Positions 37,856 through 47,021 of a stretch of DNA of 64,000 nucleotides are shown here, in pieces. The DNA comes from Octopus sinensis (taxonomy: Eukaryota), in contig NC_043006.1 of NCBI RefSeq assembly GCF_006345805.1, positions 50,964,001 to 51,028,000 of the forward strand, read 5' to 3'. A model generated the notes under the pieces. The model did no database searches, was not told where the DNA came from, and saw only the letters and a program-made list of their open reading frames with translations. The position numbers and the translations under genes are program-made. Position 1 is the stretch's first letter. Every line of letters begins with the position of its first letter.

Positions 37856-38827
37856 TTGTCATCTTTTAACATCCACCTTCCATGCTAGTAATGTTGTTCA
37901 ACTGTCCATCTCTTATCCTTATTCCATTGGTGTTATTTTACTTATCAGTGTATATAATATATATATTCTTTTACACGTTTCAGTCATTTGACTGCAGCCA
38001 TGCTGGAGCACTGCCTTAAATGGTTTTAACTGAAATCAACCCTGGGACTTATTCTTTGTAAGCCTAGTACTTATTCTAGCGGTCCTTTTTGCCGAACTGC
38101 TAAGTTAGGGGACATAAACACACCAGTATCAGTTGTAAAGCAATGGTAGGGGAGACAAACACAGACTCATACACAACAAGCTTCTTTCAGTTTCCATCTG
38201 CCAAATCCGCTCATAGGGCTTTGGTCTGACCAAGGCTGTAGTTGAAGACGCTTTGCATTGACTGAGCACCAACTCTAAAAAGCTTGGGAGATATACATCT
38301 TTTATTGTACTTCTATACAGCTTGAGCCAGAAAGGGAATTTCAGTGTGGCTGCTATACTTGCTAGTAATGCCTTGCAATACTTCTTCAAATCATACCTAA
38401 CTGTTTTAAAAGTGAAAGGTAGGTTGATAATGTCATCATCGATAGGCTATCACTGAAAAAAAAAATTAAAAAACAAACACAGGAAAGTCACATCCTGAAC
38501 ACCTTCGATCATAGGTCTTCTCTCTGTCAAGGCTAACCTGGGGCTAAATAATAACACATTAACCTTAATGTTAATTATACTCCACCATACAAGCTTTAAA
38601 AGAAGGGTTACATTGGGTAGTGCAATCCTAAATACACCGAGCCTGAAGATAGGACAGTCACAGCTTGACCACCTCTGATCATAAATTTTCAGCAGGATTG
38701 ATCTGAATTAAACAACTGTTACACAATTACACTACAATAACACCATTATTTATTTTTCTTTTGTTTGCAGGAAGAAATTGGTGTTGAAACTGATGAAGAC
38801 TGTGGTGTGACTATTCCGAATGTTTAA
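18335..38827 (+). CDS. PSMC3IP: Homologous-pairing protein 2 (HOP2/TBPIP), complete, 9 coding exons, 211 aa
   Basis: join(18335..18353,22702..22796,24975..25064,27704..27815,29909..29979,31854..31931,35766..35819,37632..37691,38771..38827). All introns are GT-AG with compatible phases. Protein MSKNKDVQKAVLEYLNQQNRPYSAIDVFNNLHKEYGKTAVTKSLDELAESGKIKKKTYGKQCVYVANQ...IYQERQKCVKEWKKRKRMANDILNAILEGYPKTKKHLYEEIGVETDEDCGVTIPNV carries HOP2 signatures (QNRPYS, YGKQ, WRKRKRM, ILEGYPK, GIETDED). Confidence 0.95.
19339..21456 (+). pseudogene. Decayed hATm-like DNA transposase in HOP2 intron 1
   Basis: Pieces LWQKASIP, CCKC..CSC..KVP.RE, FLQDQRT, YFDGKRDTT, GTAVSTG, CQHHANEIPL, FFAHPENILLAM, LPCHTQAVERCVK, IRSRIESR; many stops and frameshifts. 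The family assignment is from motif recognition only. Confidence 0.75.
21461..21681. mobile_element. piggyBac-type MITE
   Basis: TTAA|CCCTTTAGTGTT ... AACACTAAAGGG|TTAA; relatives at 59665-59874 and, split, at 46481-47217. Confidence 0.85.
22260..22547 (-). mobile_element. RTE-LINE 3'-tail-derived repeat with (GAT)n tail
   Basis: catcatcgtttagcgtccgttttccatgctagcatgggttgg; many copies (~21908, 29578, 33608, 35030, 43960, 48791, 52791, 57474). The same tail adjoins the RTE ORF fragment at 53440-54316. Confidence 0.7.
22702..22796 (+). CDS. PSMC3IP: HOP2 exon 2
   Basis: tttcag|..QKAVLEYLNQQNRPYSAIDVFNNLHKEYGKT|gtaagt. Confidence 0.95.
23535..24130. repeat. ~600-bp fold-back (two ~295-bp inverted arms, ~12-nt spacer) in HOP2 intron 2
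   Basis: ...gtgacaactagtcactgatctataaat / atttatagatcagtgactagttgtcac...; arms pair out to agattgtttgcca / tggcaaacaatct. Confidence 0.95.
23928..23970 (+). ncRNA. Candidate minimal type-I hammerhead ribozyme (identical inverted copy at 23697-23739, - strand)
   Basis: ctgtg-CTGATGA-agggaaataacctg-GAAA-tcgcaa-TA-cacag; stem I tctgtg/cacaga, short imperfect stems II and III. Confidence 0.5.
24975..25064 (+). CDS. PSMC3IP: HOP2 exon 3
   Basis: ttag|AVTKSLDELAESGKIKKKTYGKQCVYVANQ|gtagtt. Confidence 0.95.
25350..25645 (-). mobile_element. tRNA-derived SINE (11807 family)
   Basis: Reverse complement of the ggcgcaatggcccagtggttagg...gtttcgattccc head. Confidence 0.75.
27704..27815 (+). CDS. PSMC3IP: HOP2 exon 4
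   Basis: tacag|DNFSSLSDAEMKTLETDVQKLTSKLQNLQNEVSLLEK|gtgagt. Confidence 0.9.
28165..28560 (-). mobile_element. CR1/L2-type LINE ORF2 3' fragment
   Basis: Minus-strand NTYGHAYKIK...NFFTLRIAEAWIKLLASVVS...TSFK, a typical CR1/L2 C-terminus. Confidence 0.6.
29227..29448. mobile_element. piggyBac-type MITE (second family)
   Basis: TTAA|CCTTTTCATTAC ... GTAACAAAAGGG|TTAA. Confidence 0.75.
29909..29979 (+). CDS. PSMC3IP: HOP2 exon 5
   Basis: tgcag|EQKQLSCSLSTEEAQKQLETYTKD|gtaagt. Confidence 0.9.
30928..31641. mobile_element. hAT/Charlie-type MITE with perfect 8-bp TSD, carrying a nested Helitron
   Basis: CTCTATAG|CAGTGTTTCTC ... GAAACACACTG|CTCTATAG. Confidence 0.85.
31062..31428 (+). mobile_element. 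Non-autonomous Helitron
   Basis: A|TCTCTATATATATAAA start; CTAG|T end; terminal 18-bp hairpin ctagcactatgacccggc-aac-gccgggtcatagtgctag. Confidence 0.8.
31854..31931 (+). CDS. PSMC3IP: HOP2 exon 6
   Basis: tacag|NGKLSEKLVKLKAGNAIVITKEEKDK|gtacct. Confidence 0.9.
32017..32350 (+). mobile_element. tRNA-derived SINE with CORE/V-like central domain
   Basis: A-box tggctcagtgg and B-box ggttcgaatcc, then gtgttcttgagcaagacacttt; its 3' part also occurs at ~18915-19033. Confidence 0.75.
32820..33052 (-). mobile_element. Nin-domain-type SINE
   Basis: Reverse complement of ctggcagaattgttagcacgccgggcgaaatgcttagcgg...gcctttcatcc. Confidence 0.75.
35766..35819 (+). CDS. PSMC3IP: HOP2 exon 7
   Basis: ttag|IYQERQKCVKEWKKRKRM|gtaact. 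Confidence 0.95.
35992..36627 (+). mobile_element. Partial tandem (490-bp period, ~150-bp direct repeats) containing a hammerhead; Penelope pLTR- or retrozyme-like
   Basis: 35992-36141 is repeated at 36482-36627; the hammerhead lies between the copies. Confidence 0.6.
36317..36397 (+). ncRNA. Type-I hammerhead ribozyme with intact core
   Basis: Stem I gaatt..gc.tgca/tgcagc..aattc; CTGAGGA; stem II gtga/ttac plus agtgca/tgcact; GAAA; stem III tcac-agt-gtga; AUA triplet, predicted cut after 36384. Confidence 0.8.
37632..37691 (+). CDS. PSMC3IP: HOP2 exon 8
   Basis: gaag|ANDILNAILEGYPKTKKHLY|gtaagt. Confidence 0.95.
38771..38827 (+). CDS. PSMC3IP: HOP2 exon 9 (terminal)
   Basis: tgcag|EEIGVETDEDCGVTIPNV*. 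Confidence 0.95.
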   Translation, partial: EEIGVETDEDCGVTIPNV

Positions 38828-40067
38828 AGTCGCAAAAACCATTGAAACCAGTCTATTTATAGCAAAAGACAGAATTGTTTATTTCAATTGAAATTTATTG
38901 TATGTTGAAAATAATTTATTTATTCACTTGGTTAGTTTTGTTTATTTAGTTTTTATTTAATTTTCATTTATTTCATTTTGTTTTAAAACTTATTTGATAA
39001 TTTTGATTTTCAAAGGCCACGTTATGGGAAAATGGAAATAGGATTGCTGTAAAATCCAGGCATTTCATGGGAGCATTTTTGTGTAGATATAAAGCAGCTT
39101 GAAGGAGAGACAACCCATAATATTTGCTGTTTGTCTGTAGTCATAACACAGTAAAAGGCTACGTAATGTAGACCTCGTCCTCCAAGTCATTATTGGTAGC
39201 ACTACTGTGTGAAAACATTTCTTGTTATTTAAACGTCAACAGAAAGCAAAATGCGCCCACTTTTCTCAAGTAAGAGGCTCTATGTCTCAGAGAATAGATT
39301 GATGACTTTCTCCAAGTCAGACTTCCAAAGGAGGCTCAAACAAGCTCTGACTTTTAGACATAATGACAAGTCAAACAAGACAGGAAAAACTGGAAGTCAT
39401 CAGAAAGGAATGCAGGGGACCATATGACGGTGGCCTGAGGTTTACAGGAAGCTGAAAAGCTAACAATAGCCAGAAATATTTACAGTATATGTGAAGTAAA
39501 ATGAGTTTTACTAAAACTGAAACTTGTATTTATATTACATTTTGCTCTCTTGTCTGTAAACTGGTTGAGAATTTCTTCTAAACATACCTCTAAAATGTGT
39601 TCATTATTACTGCCAGCTGGTTGTGACATTTCATCTCTCACTGCAATCTCTGTTACCTATTCTGGTATTAGAATAAACGCAGAGGGCTGTTCTAAAGGCC
39701 TTAATACTATTTAGTTACATGTCTGTTAGAATCCAAATCCTACTTGGGTCATCTTTGTCTTTCATCCTTCCATGTGGTTAATAAAATTAGTACCAGCCAA
39801 ATACTGGAGCTGATTTGGTCAACTATATTGTCTCTGAAAATTTATCATCTTGTGTTTATTTTAGAAATCATTAAATTGATACATCTCTTTACATTTTAAG
39901 ATTAAATCCCATCAATATTGTTTCTTTTCATACAGTTGGGGGTTGATATAATTGTATATTGTATATTACACTCACTCACACAAAAAATGTCACCTTTTGC
40001 TTAAATTCAATATTAATTAATCACAGCTTCAGCTCTAACTCCATGAAGTTCTTTTTTGCCCTTTTCA

Positions 40068-40360
40068 AGCCTAGCCAGGCTCATGGGCCCAGTTTCTCGG
40101 TTTCTATTGCATATGTGTTCCCCCCAGCTGGACGAGACAGCAGTCCATCGCAGCATTACTCAAGAAACAGGAAGAAAGAGTGAGAGAAAGTTGGGGCGAA
40201 AGAGTACAACAGGGGTCGCCACCACCCCTTGCCTGAGCCTCGTGGAGCTTTAGGTGTTTTCGCTCAATAAACACATGCAATGTCCGGTCTGGGAATCGAA
40301 ACCACAGTCCTCCGACTGCGAGTCTGCTGCCCTTACCACTGGGCCATTGCATCTCCACAA
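40068..40360 (-). mobile_element. tRNA-derived SINE (11807 family)
   Basis: Matches the 25350-25645 copy. Confidence 0.75.
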
Positions 40361-41062
40361 GCTCCGTGAAGTAAGAGTACTTTATCAAACCTACTTGATT
40401 AGTTGACAAAGATTTTTGCATACAGAAAAGGTATCTGGCTGTAAAACAATGTCTCAGTAAAATATTCATCTAACCTGTGCTAGTAAAGGAAAGCAAGCAA
40501 ATGACTATATATAAAGTACCTCTTAACACCCTAACCACTGATATGGCATGTTAGATAACAGCATAAACGTTCCCATTGTTTAAGAACTTTAAAATAAGTT
40601 TAGTTGGTGAAGGGAAGGATATCATGTTCAGATTTTGTAGAGAGACCAATATCAGTTAAAGTATTGATTTTTGGGGATAGGGGTGTCTTTTTTTTTTTTC
40701 TTTTTCAAAAAATTAATTATTCATAAAGGAAATCTTGTGTAAATGTTTGTCCTGTACATATTGTTGGATTCTACAAGTATTTGGAAATTTAGAACGAAAA
40801 AATTAAATATTTATATCCCACCTTGCTTTGGTGTTGATGGAAAACTAAAATATAAAGATACACCCTTCCAAATTCCCATCCTTTCTGAAATTCACCAACA
40901 GCACACTGATCCCCTCCCCCATTTTTTTTTTTCTTTAAGACATTTACTGCTCAGTTCCTGTGCATATATTCCATATACTGTCCATGCAGTTTTGGATACT
41001 TTTTCTGATGAGTTGTAGTGCACCTGAGCACTATAGACAATAAGTTCATCATTATTATTACT

Positions 41063-41485
41063 AAGGTGGCAGAATCGTTAGCACGCTGGGCGAAATGCTT
41101 AGTGGTATTTCGTCTGCCGTTACGTTCTGAGTTCAAATTCCGCCGAGGTTGACTTTGCCTTTCATCCTTTCGGGGTCGATTAAATAAGTACCAGTTACGC
41201 ACTGGGGTCAATATAATCGACTTAATCCGTGTGTTTGTCCTCTCTGTGTTTAGCCCCTTGTGGGTACTAAAGAAATAGGTATTACGTCTGCCGTTACGTT
41301 CTGAGTTCAAATTCCGCCAAGTTCGACTTTGCCTTTCATCCTTTCGGGGTTGATTAAATAAGTACCAGTTACGCACTGGGGTCGATATAATCGACTTAAT
41401 CCGTGTGTTTAGCCCCTTGTAGGTAGTAAAGAAATAGGTATTTCGGCTGCCACTACATACTGAGTTTAAATTCCGCCGAGGTCAA
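41063..41485 (+). mobile_element. Head-to-tail array of Nin-domain-type SINE units
   Basis: gtatt[t/a]cgtctgccgttacgttctgagttcaaattccgcc unit repeated about three times; a single copy lies at ~41900-42105. Confidence 0.75.
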
Positions 41486-42279
41486 AAGATGTATCGTAAC
41501 AAAAGGGTTAAACTTGATAACATGTTTCAGGCCATCTAACAAGAGTGATGGGATTTTTGTAAAACTGAACATTGATATTATCGAGAGAATAAGACAGATT
41601 TACCTCCCTTACAAAGGAATAGCGACACCTGATGAAAAACTGCAAATTGCATCATAAGGGAAATAACTACACGCATTGTTTTCATTTAGTGTCAAGGGAA
41701 ACCCTTAAGAGTCAAACTCAAGTATTGCAAGCTAACAGATCATCATCATCTTCTAAGTTTTTACATCTACTTTCTTCATCCTGGTACGAAATAGATGAGA
41801 CTTCTTGAGGTATTATTACACAGCTGGATGCCAACCCTTGTTTTCCAATGAGATAATTCCATTTGATCTTGTCCTTTGAAAGACTAATGGATGTGGGTCA
41901 AGGCAGCGAGCTGGCAGAAACGTTACGTAGCCGTTACATTCTGAGTTCAAATTCCGCCAAGGTCGACCTTGCCTTTCATCCTTTCAGGGTCGATAAATTA
42001 AGTACCGGTTACACACTGGGATTGATGTAATCGACTTAATCTCTTTGTCTGTCCTTGTTCGTCTCCTCTATGTTTAGCCCCATGTGGGCAGTAAAGAAAT
42101 AAGAATGGATGTGGGTTTACAAAGGACAGAAATGTCACTGCTGGAACAATGCAAAAACACATCAATAATCAACATTCATATATATATATATATATCTGTA
42201 GTAAAAAGGAATAAGCGGTCTTTGGCTGCTATTTCTAAATTTTCGGTATGTGGTTAAGCAACTTGTTGCTTAACCTTAA

Positions 42280-44332
42280 TCTCTATATATAAAACTGAAA
42301 TGCGTTTTTACCGCTTGGTTCGCTTTCAATGCCACTACATCCCGTCCGATTCGCTCCAAAATTTACAGGGACATGTAGAATGAGGTGACGATGCGCGTGG
42401 GCTACCTTAGAAATCCCTATCTTAAAAGCTGTGGTTGCTAGGGGCCCATCTTCCTACCTCACCCTATTTCCTCCAGTACTCTGTCACTCCTCTTCATTTG
42501 ACAATGCAACTACCGTTATTTAATGTAAAGTCTTCCTCAAATCACTCTGTAGCTATTTACTCTCTTCCAAGAACATTTTCACTCACTCTATCTCTTACCT
42601 TCCTATACATTTTACTCATGTATCTCTCAGTGTTCATGGACAGTAACAAATATTACTCGCCATCCCATTCTATTGTCTACCTGTCAACACACACACACAC
42701 ACACACACACATATATCTAATATTATATTTTTATTTTTATGTTTTTGCTTTTGGTTTTTTACTGTTTCATTTCCCTATTAGTGGTTTTATCACTAATTTA
42801 ATTTCTACAGCGTGCACACACACACACACACACCTATATGTAGCCCCAGTACACCCGAATGAAATCGGGTTCTCTTCATCAAAATGTGAAAAGGGGTCTA
42901 CAATTATCATCGCCACAACTTATGTATGTCTTCCTCACTCACTCACTCTTTTTCCTAATGATAATTATCATCGCCACCACCAACACACAATCTGGGCAAT
43001 CTTTCTCTTATAACAAATCATGTTTACAATACAACGACGTCTGCCACCGCCGCCGTCTCTATTTATTCTGCAAATGACCAGAACTCAGGAAACTTAGTTT
43101 AGTGTTCTATGGTCTATGACCAGAACTCGGGAAACTTGGTTGAGTGTTCTATGGTCTATGACCAGAACTCGGGAAACTTGCTTGACTGTTCTATGGTCTA
43201 TGACCAGAAATCGGGAAACTTGGTTGAGTGTTCTATGGTCTATGACCAGAACTTGGGAAACTTGGTTGTGTCCTCATCTTATAAAATGTGGCCCCAGTAG
43301 ACCCAAATTAAATCGGGTTATATTAACCAAAAGGTGAAAAGGGGTATAAATGGGGCTGGAAGGGGATTAAAATTTAAAGGAGCGGGTGTTTAGCAATTCT
43401 CTGTTACATCAAGCTAAAAAATTTGCTCCAGCCTTTTAATCGTCAATGTGTTGCCGTCCATGATGAAGAAGTTTTGAATGCTTGCCATCGTGAGTCTACT
43501 GTCGTGAGAAAGAATCAAGTCAAAACTTGGTTTTTAGGGATTTTCTTTTACATCAAGTTCAAACTTTTACGCCAGCCGTTGAACTGTCAATACATTGCTG
43601 TCCGTCATTAAGAAATGCCAGCCATGGTGACTCTACTATCCTCAAATTCTATCCCTTCAAACTTTGGTTTCCAATATTTTATTATTTTTATTCAGCTCGC
43701 AAGTTCGTCTGTCCCTTTTAAATGTTAGTGTTTTGCTGTCTGTCTTGAAGCAGACCTTTCCTTTGTAACTGCCTGATATTTATGATTGATCTTTCTAAAT
43801 ATTTTATTTCTCAACTTACTCAAGATCTTTTGTTGTTTATAAATGGGAGAGAGATACATAAAGATAGAGAGTAAGAGAAAGCGAGGGAGAGTCCGAGAGA
43901 AAGGAAGAGTAAGAGAGTGGGAAAGTGAGAGAGAAAGGAGAAAGAAACAAAGAGGGAGAATCATCATCATCGTTTAACGTCCGTTTTCCGTGCTAGCACG
44001 GGTTGGACAGTTTGACAGGGGTCTGGGAAGCCAGGAGGCTGCACCAGGCTCCAGTCTGATCTGGCAGTGTTTCGACAGGTAGATGCCCTTCCTAACGCCA
44101 ACCACTCTGTGAGCGTAGTGGGTGCTTTTTTCGTGCCGCCTGCACAGGTGCCAGGGGGGCTGGCAGCGGCCACGATCGGTTGGTGCTTTTTACGTGCCAC
44201 CAGCACAGAAGCCAGTCAAGGCGGCGCTGCAATCCGCCACGTTCGGATGGTGCTTTTTACGTGCTGAAAGGAAGCAACAGAAAGTAACAACCACACTCTT
44301 ACCCGCGCGTAGAGCGGGTCACCTTCAGCTAG
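42280..44332 (+). mobile_element. ~2-kb non-autonomous Helitron with internal 42-bp minisatellite and nested RTE-tail repeat
   Basis: A|TCTCTATATATAAAA start; acccgc-gcgtaga-gcgggt hairpin followed by CTAG|T end. Confidence 0.65.
43075..43268. repeat. 42-bp minisatellite (~4.6 copies)
   Basis: tgaccagaactcgggaaacttggttgagtgttctatggtcta starting at 43075, 43117, 43159, 43201 and 43243. Confidence 0.9.
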
Positions 44333-46226
44333 TTATATATATATATACACACACACAGAGGTGCAGGCTGTACCACATGGTTCAAGGTTCAGTCCCACCA
44401 CATGGCACATAGGGCAAGTGCCTCCTACTATAGCCCCAGGTCAATCAAAGCCTTGTGAGTGAAATTGGTAGATGGAAACTGAAAAAGCTCATTCATCATC
44501 ATCGTTTAGCGTCCGTTTTCCATTGTATATGTTATTGTTTCTTTGCCTTGACATTGTGTAGTAGTTGTAAACAAATGTCACCATCATGCTAGCAGTGTCC
44601 TTTATTCCCAATCTTGTTACTTGTTATGGAGAAATATCACCTTACTTGGAAACAGGTGAGGGTTGGCAACACAAAGAGCATCCAATTGTAGAAAATCCTC
44701 TTCAAGAAAATTCCATCCAACCTAATCGAGCATGGAAGAGTGAACATCAAAATGATGATATATGATAGGCTTTCGTAGTTTCCATCTATCAAAAACAAAA
44801 AATATCATAAAGCATGTGAGTTTCTAACTATTGAAGTCTAACCCAGGTCAGCCTTCATGAAGTAGATTTGTCACCAAAGACATTCCAGTTGCGACCAGCC
44901 AGACTTGTTTTTATATTTAAATAGGCTTCTTTCAGTTTCTATCTAACAAGTCCTCTCACAAGGTTTTAGTCAGTCCAGAGTTATAGTAGAAGATACACAT
45001 TCATGGTGTCACACAGTGGGACTGAACTCAAGACCACATGGTTGAAAAACAAGTTTCTTAACCCCACAACCATACCAGCACCTATAGTTACCAAATTTAT
45101 TTCTACTGCTTAACATTCGTAACGATTAAGTTTTCTAACATAAACAAAAGCCCTAAAATCTTAGGAGTGGGTGTATATAGTGGATTCCAGCATTTTTTTT
45201 TTTTTTTACCCCAGTTGTGACCAGCGACTTGTTTTTCTTTTCTTCAAATTGTCTGCTTCTAAAAACCACATTAATTCTTTGGGTGCTAATTCTAACAAGC
45301 CAGTAAGTGTCTAAAACATGCGAAAGTACTGAAGTATAGTTGTCTTCGATTTTTTTTTTAATGAACAAAGATTGATAATGCCAAGAAAAAGTTAATAAAA
45401 AGCTACATTTAATTATTATTCTTCAAATAATTTTTTCTTTTTCAAATGACCAAACTTTTTTTTTTTAGAAATTACAAACCAATTCATTAAGATATATATA
45501 TATATATATACACATACATATATATACTTATATATGTTTAATGTTCTGGCACTAAAATTGTTTGATAGTTCTGTTGCCTTTGATATGGATAAGTACATAT
45601 AATTAAAAAAAACAACACTAATTCAGAAACAAAATAAAACAAAAAAGATATGAGCCTAAAACATTGTATTTATATAAAGTTATATAGAAAGTTGCTCTAG
45701 ATAATTCCACATATTGTTATATAATTATTATCATCATTTATTAGCACGTACATGCCCAAACACACACACACATACAGAACCAAACATAACTAACCAGCCT
45801 CCACGTGTACAGAGAAGTGTTGTGTGGTGAGCGTATGTTAACAATATGAAATCTGCTTTTACTCCATGTGTGCTTATACATACATACATGCATTCATAAA
45901 TATATAATATACATATATAATATATACATACATATATATATAATATACATATATGCATATATAATATACATATTATATACATAGACACACACGCAAACAC
46001 ACACACATATATATATGTAATATACATATATATAAAATATATATATATATATATATATTTATACACACACACACACATTACATATATAAGTGTACATATA
46101 TATGTATATATAAACGCATATATATAAATATATGCTAAGATAATGAGAGTTGAATGGAAATGTGAGGGTTAGAAGCAGTGACAGCAGATCTGCTGAAACT
46201 AACATTGGTCTACAGTGATAAAAACA

Positions 46227-46268
46227 TCACAACAGTCCAAATCTTTCTGCTCGTTTCCTTTTCTTTTC
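46227..46268 (-). CDS. SARNP: SARNP terminal coding exon
   Basis: aacag|EKKRKRAERFGLL*. Confidence 0.92.
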   Translation of the reverse strand, partial: EKKRKRAERFGLL

Positions 46269-46977
46269 CTGTTGAAAATAGAAAAACAAAAAAATTTCAA
46301 ACAGTTAGTAGAATGAGGGAAAGGATCAAAAAAGAGAAAAAGAAAACACGGTAGAAATTGGATTAATCAAAGCAAAACATTGAGCTGACCTAGTCAGAAC
46401 ATTATTCTAGTTCTCATAGCTTCAATACAAGAAAAAAACTCTAAAATCAAAAGCCAGTCTACCACAAGGAACTTCATTAACCTTTTTGCATTCCGATTAC
46501 TCATTTATGACGGACTCTCCTGTCAAAGACAATGTGTGAGCGTTCAGCTTTTGCCAAACGACCTGCACAAACGATTTGTTTATAGTGATCAAATGTTCGT
46601 GCCGCACATTAGTTCACTCTCTCTATGAAATCAACGTTGTCTGATCAGGTGCACTGTGTACCACATGTCAGGTGTCAAAGTGATCACAGAGCAATGTGAG
46701 ATGGAGTGTTTTGCTCAAGAACACAACGCACCATCCAGTCTAGGAATTGAAATAACGATGTAGTGATCGTGAGTGCAACACCTAACCACTAAGCCATGCA
46801 CCCTCATTATATATATATATAATATTAATTCGAGACAAAACCACTATTTTGCAAATCAAACAAGGAAAGACTTAATCAATACATAAAAAATTTTAATATA
46901 AAGTAAATAAACCGCCACTACAATTGTTTTATGTCTTCAAATGACATTCGTCAGGTGGATTTCCGATCTTCTAATCA

Positions 46978-47021
<44 letters not shown>

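Noticed and set aside
42435-43013. 192-aa hydrophobic ORF
   Set aside because: It lies inside a Helitron-like element, crosses CA microsatellites, has a non-ATG start and shows no recognisable motif.
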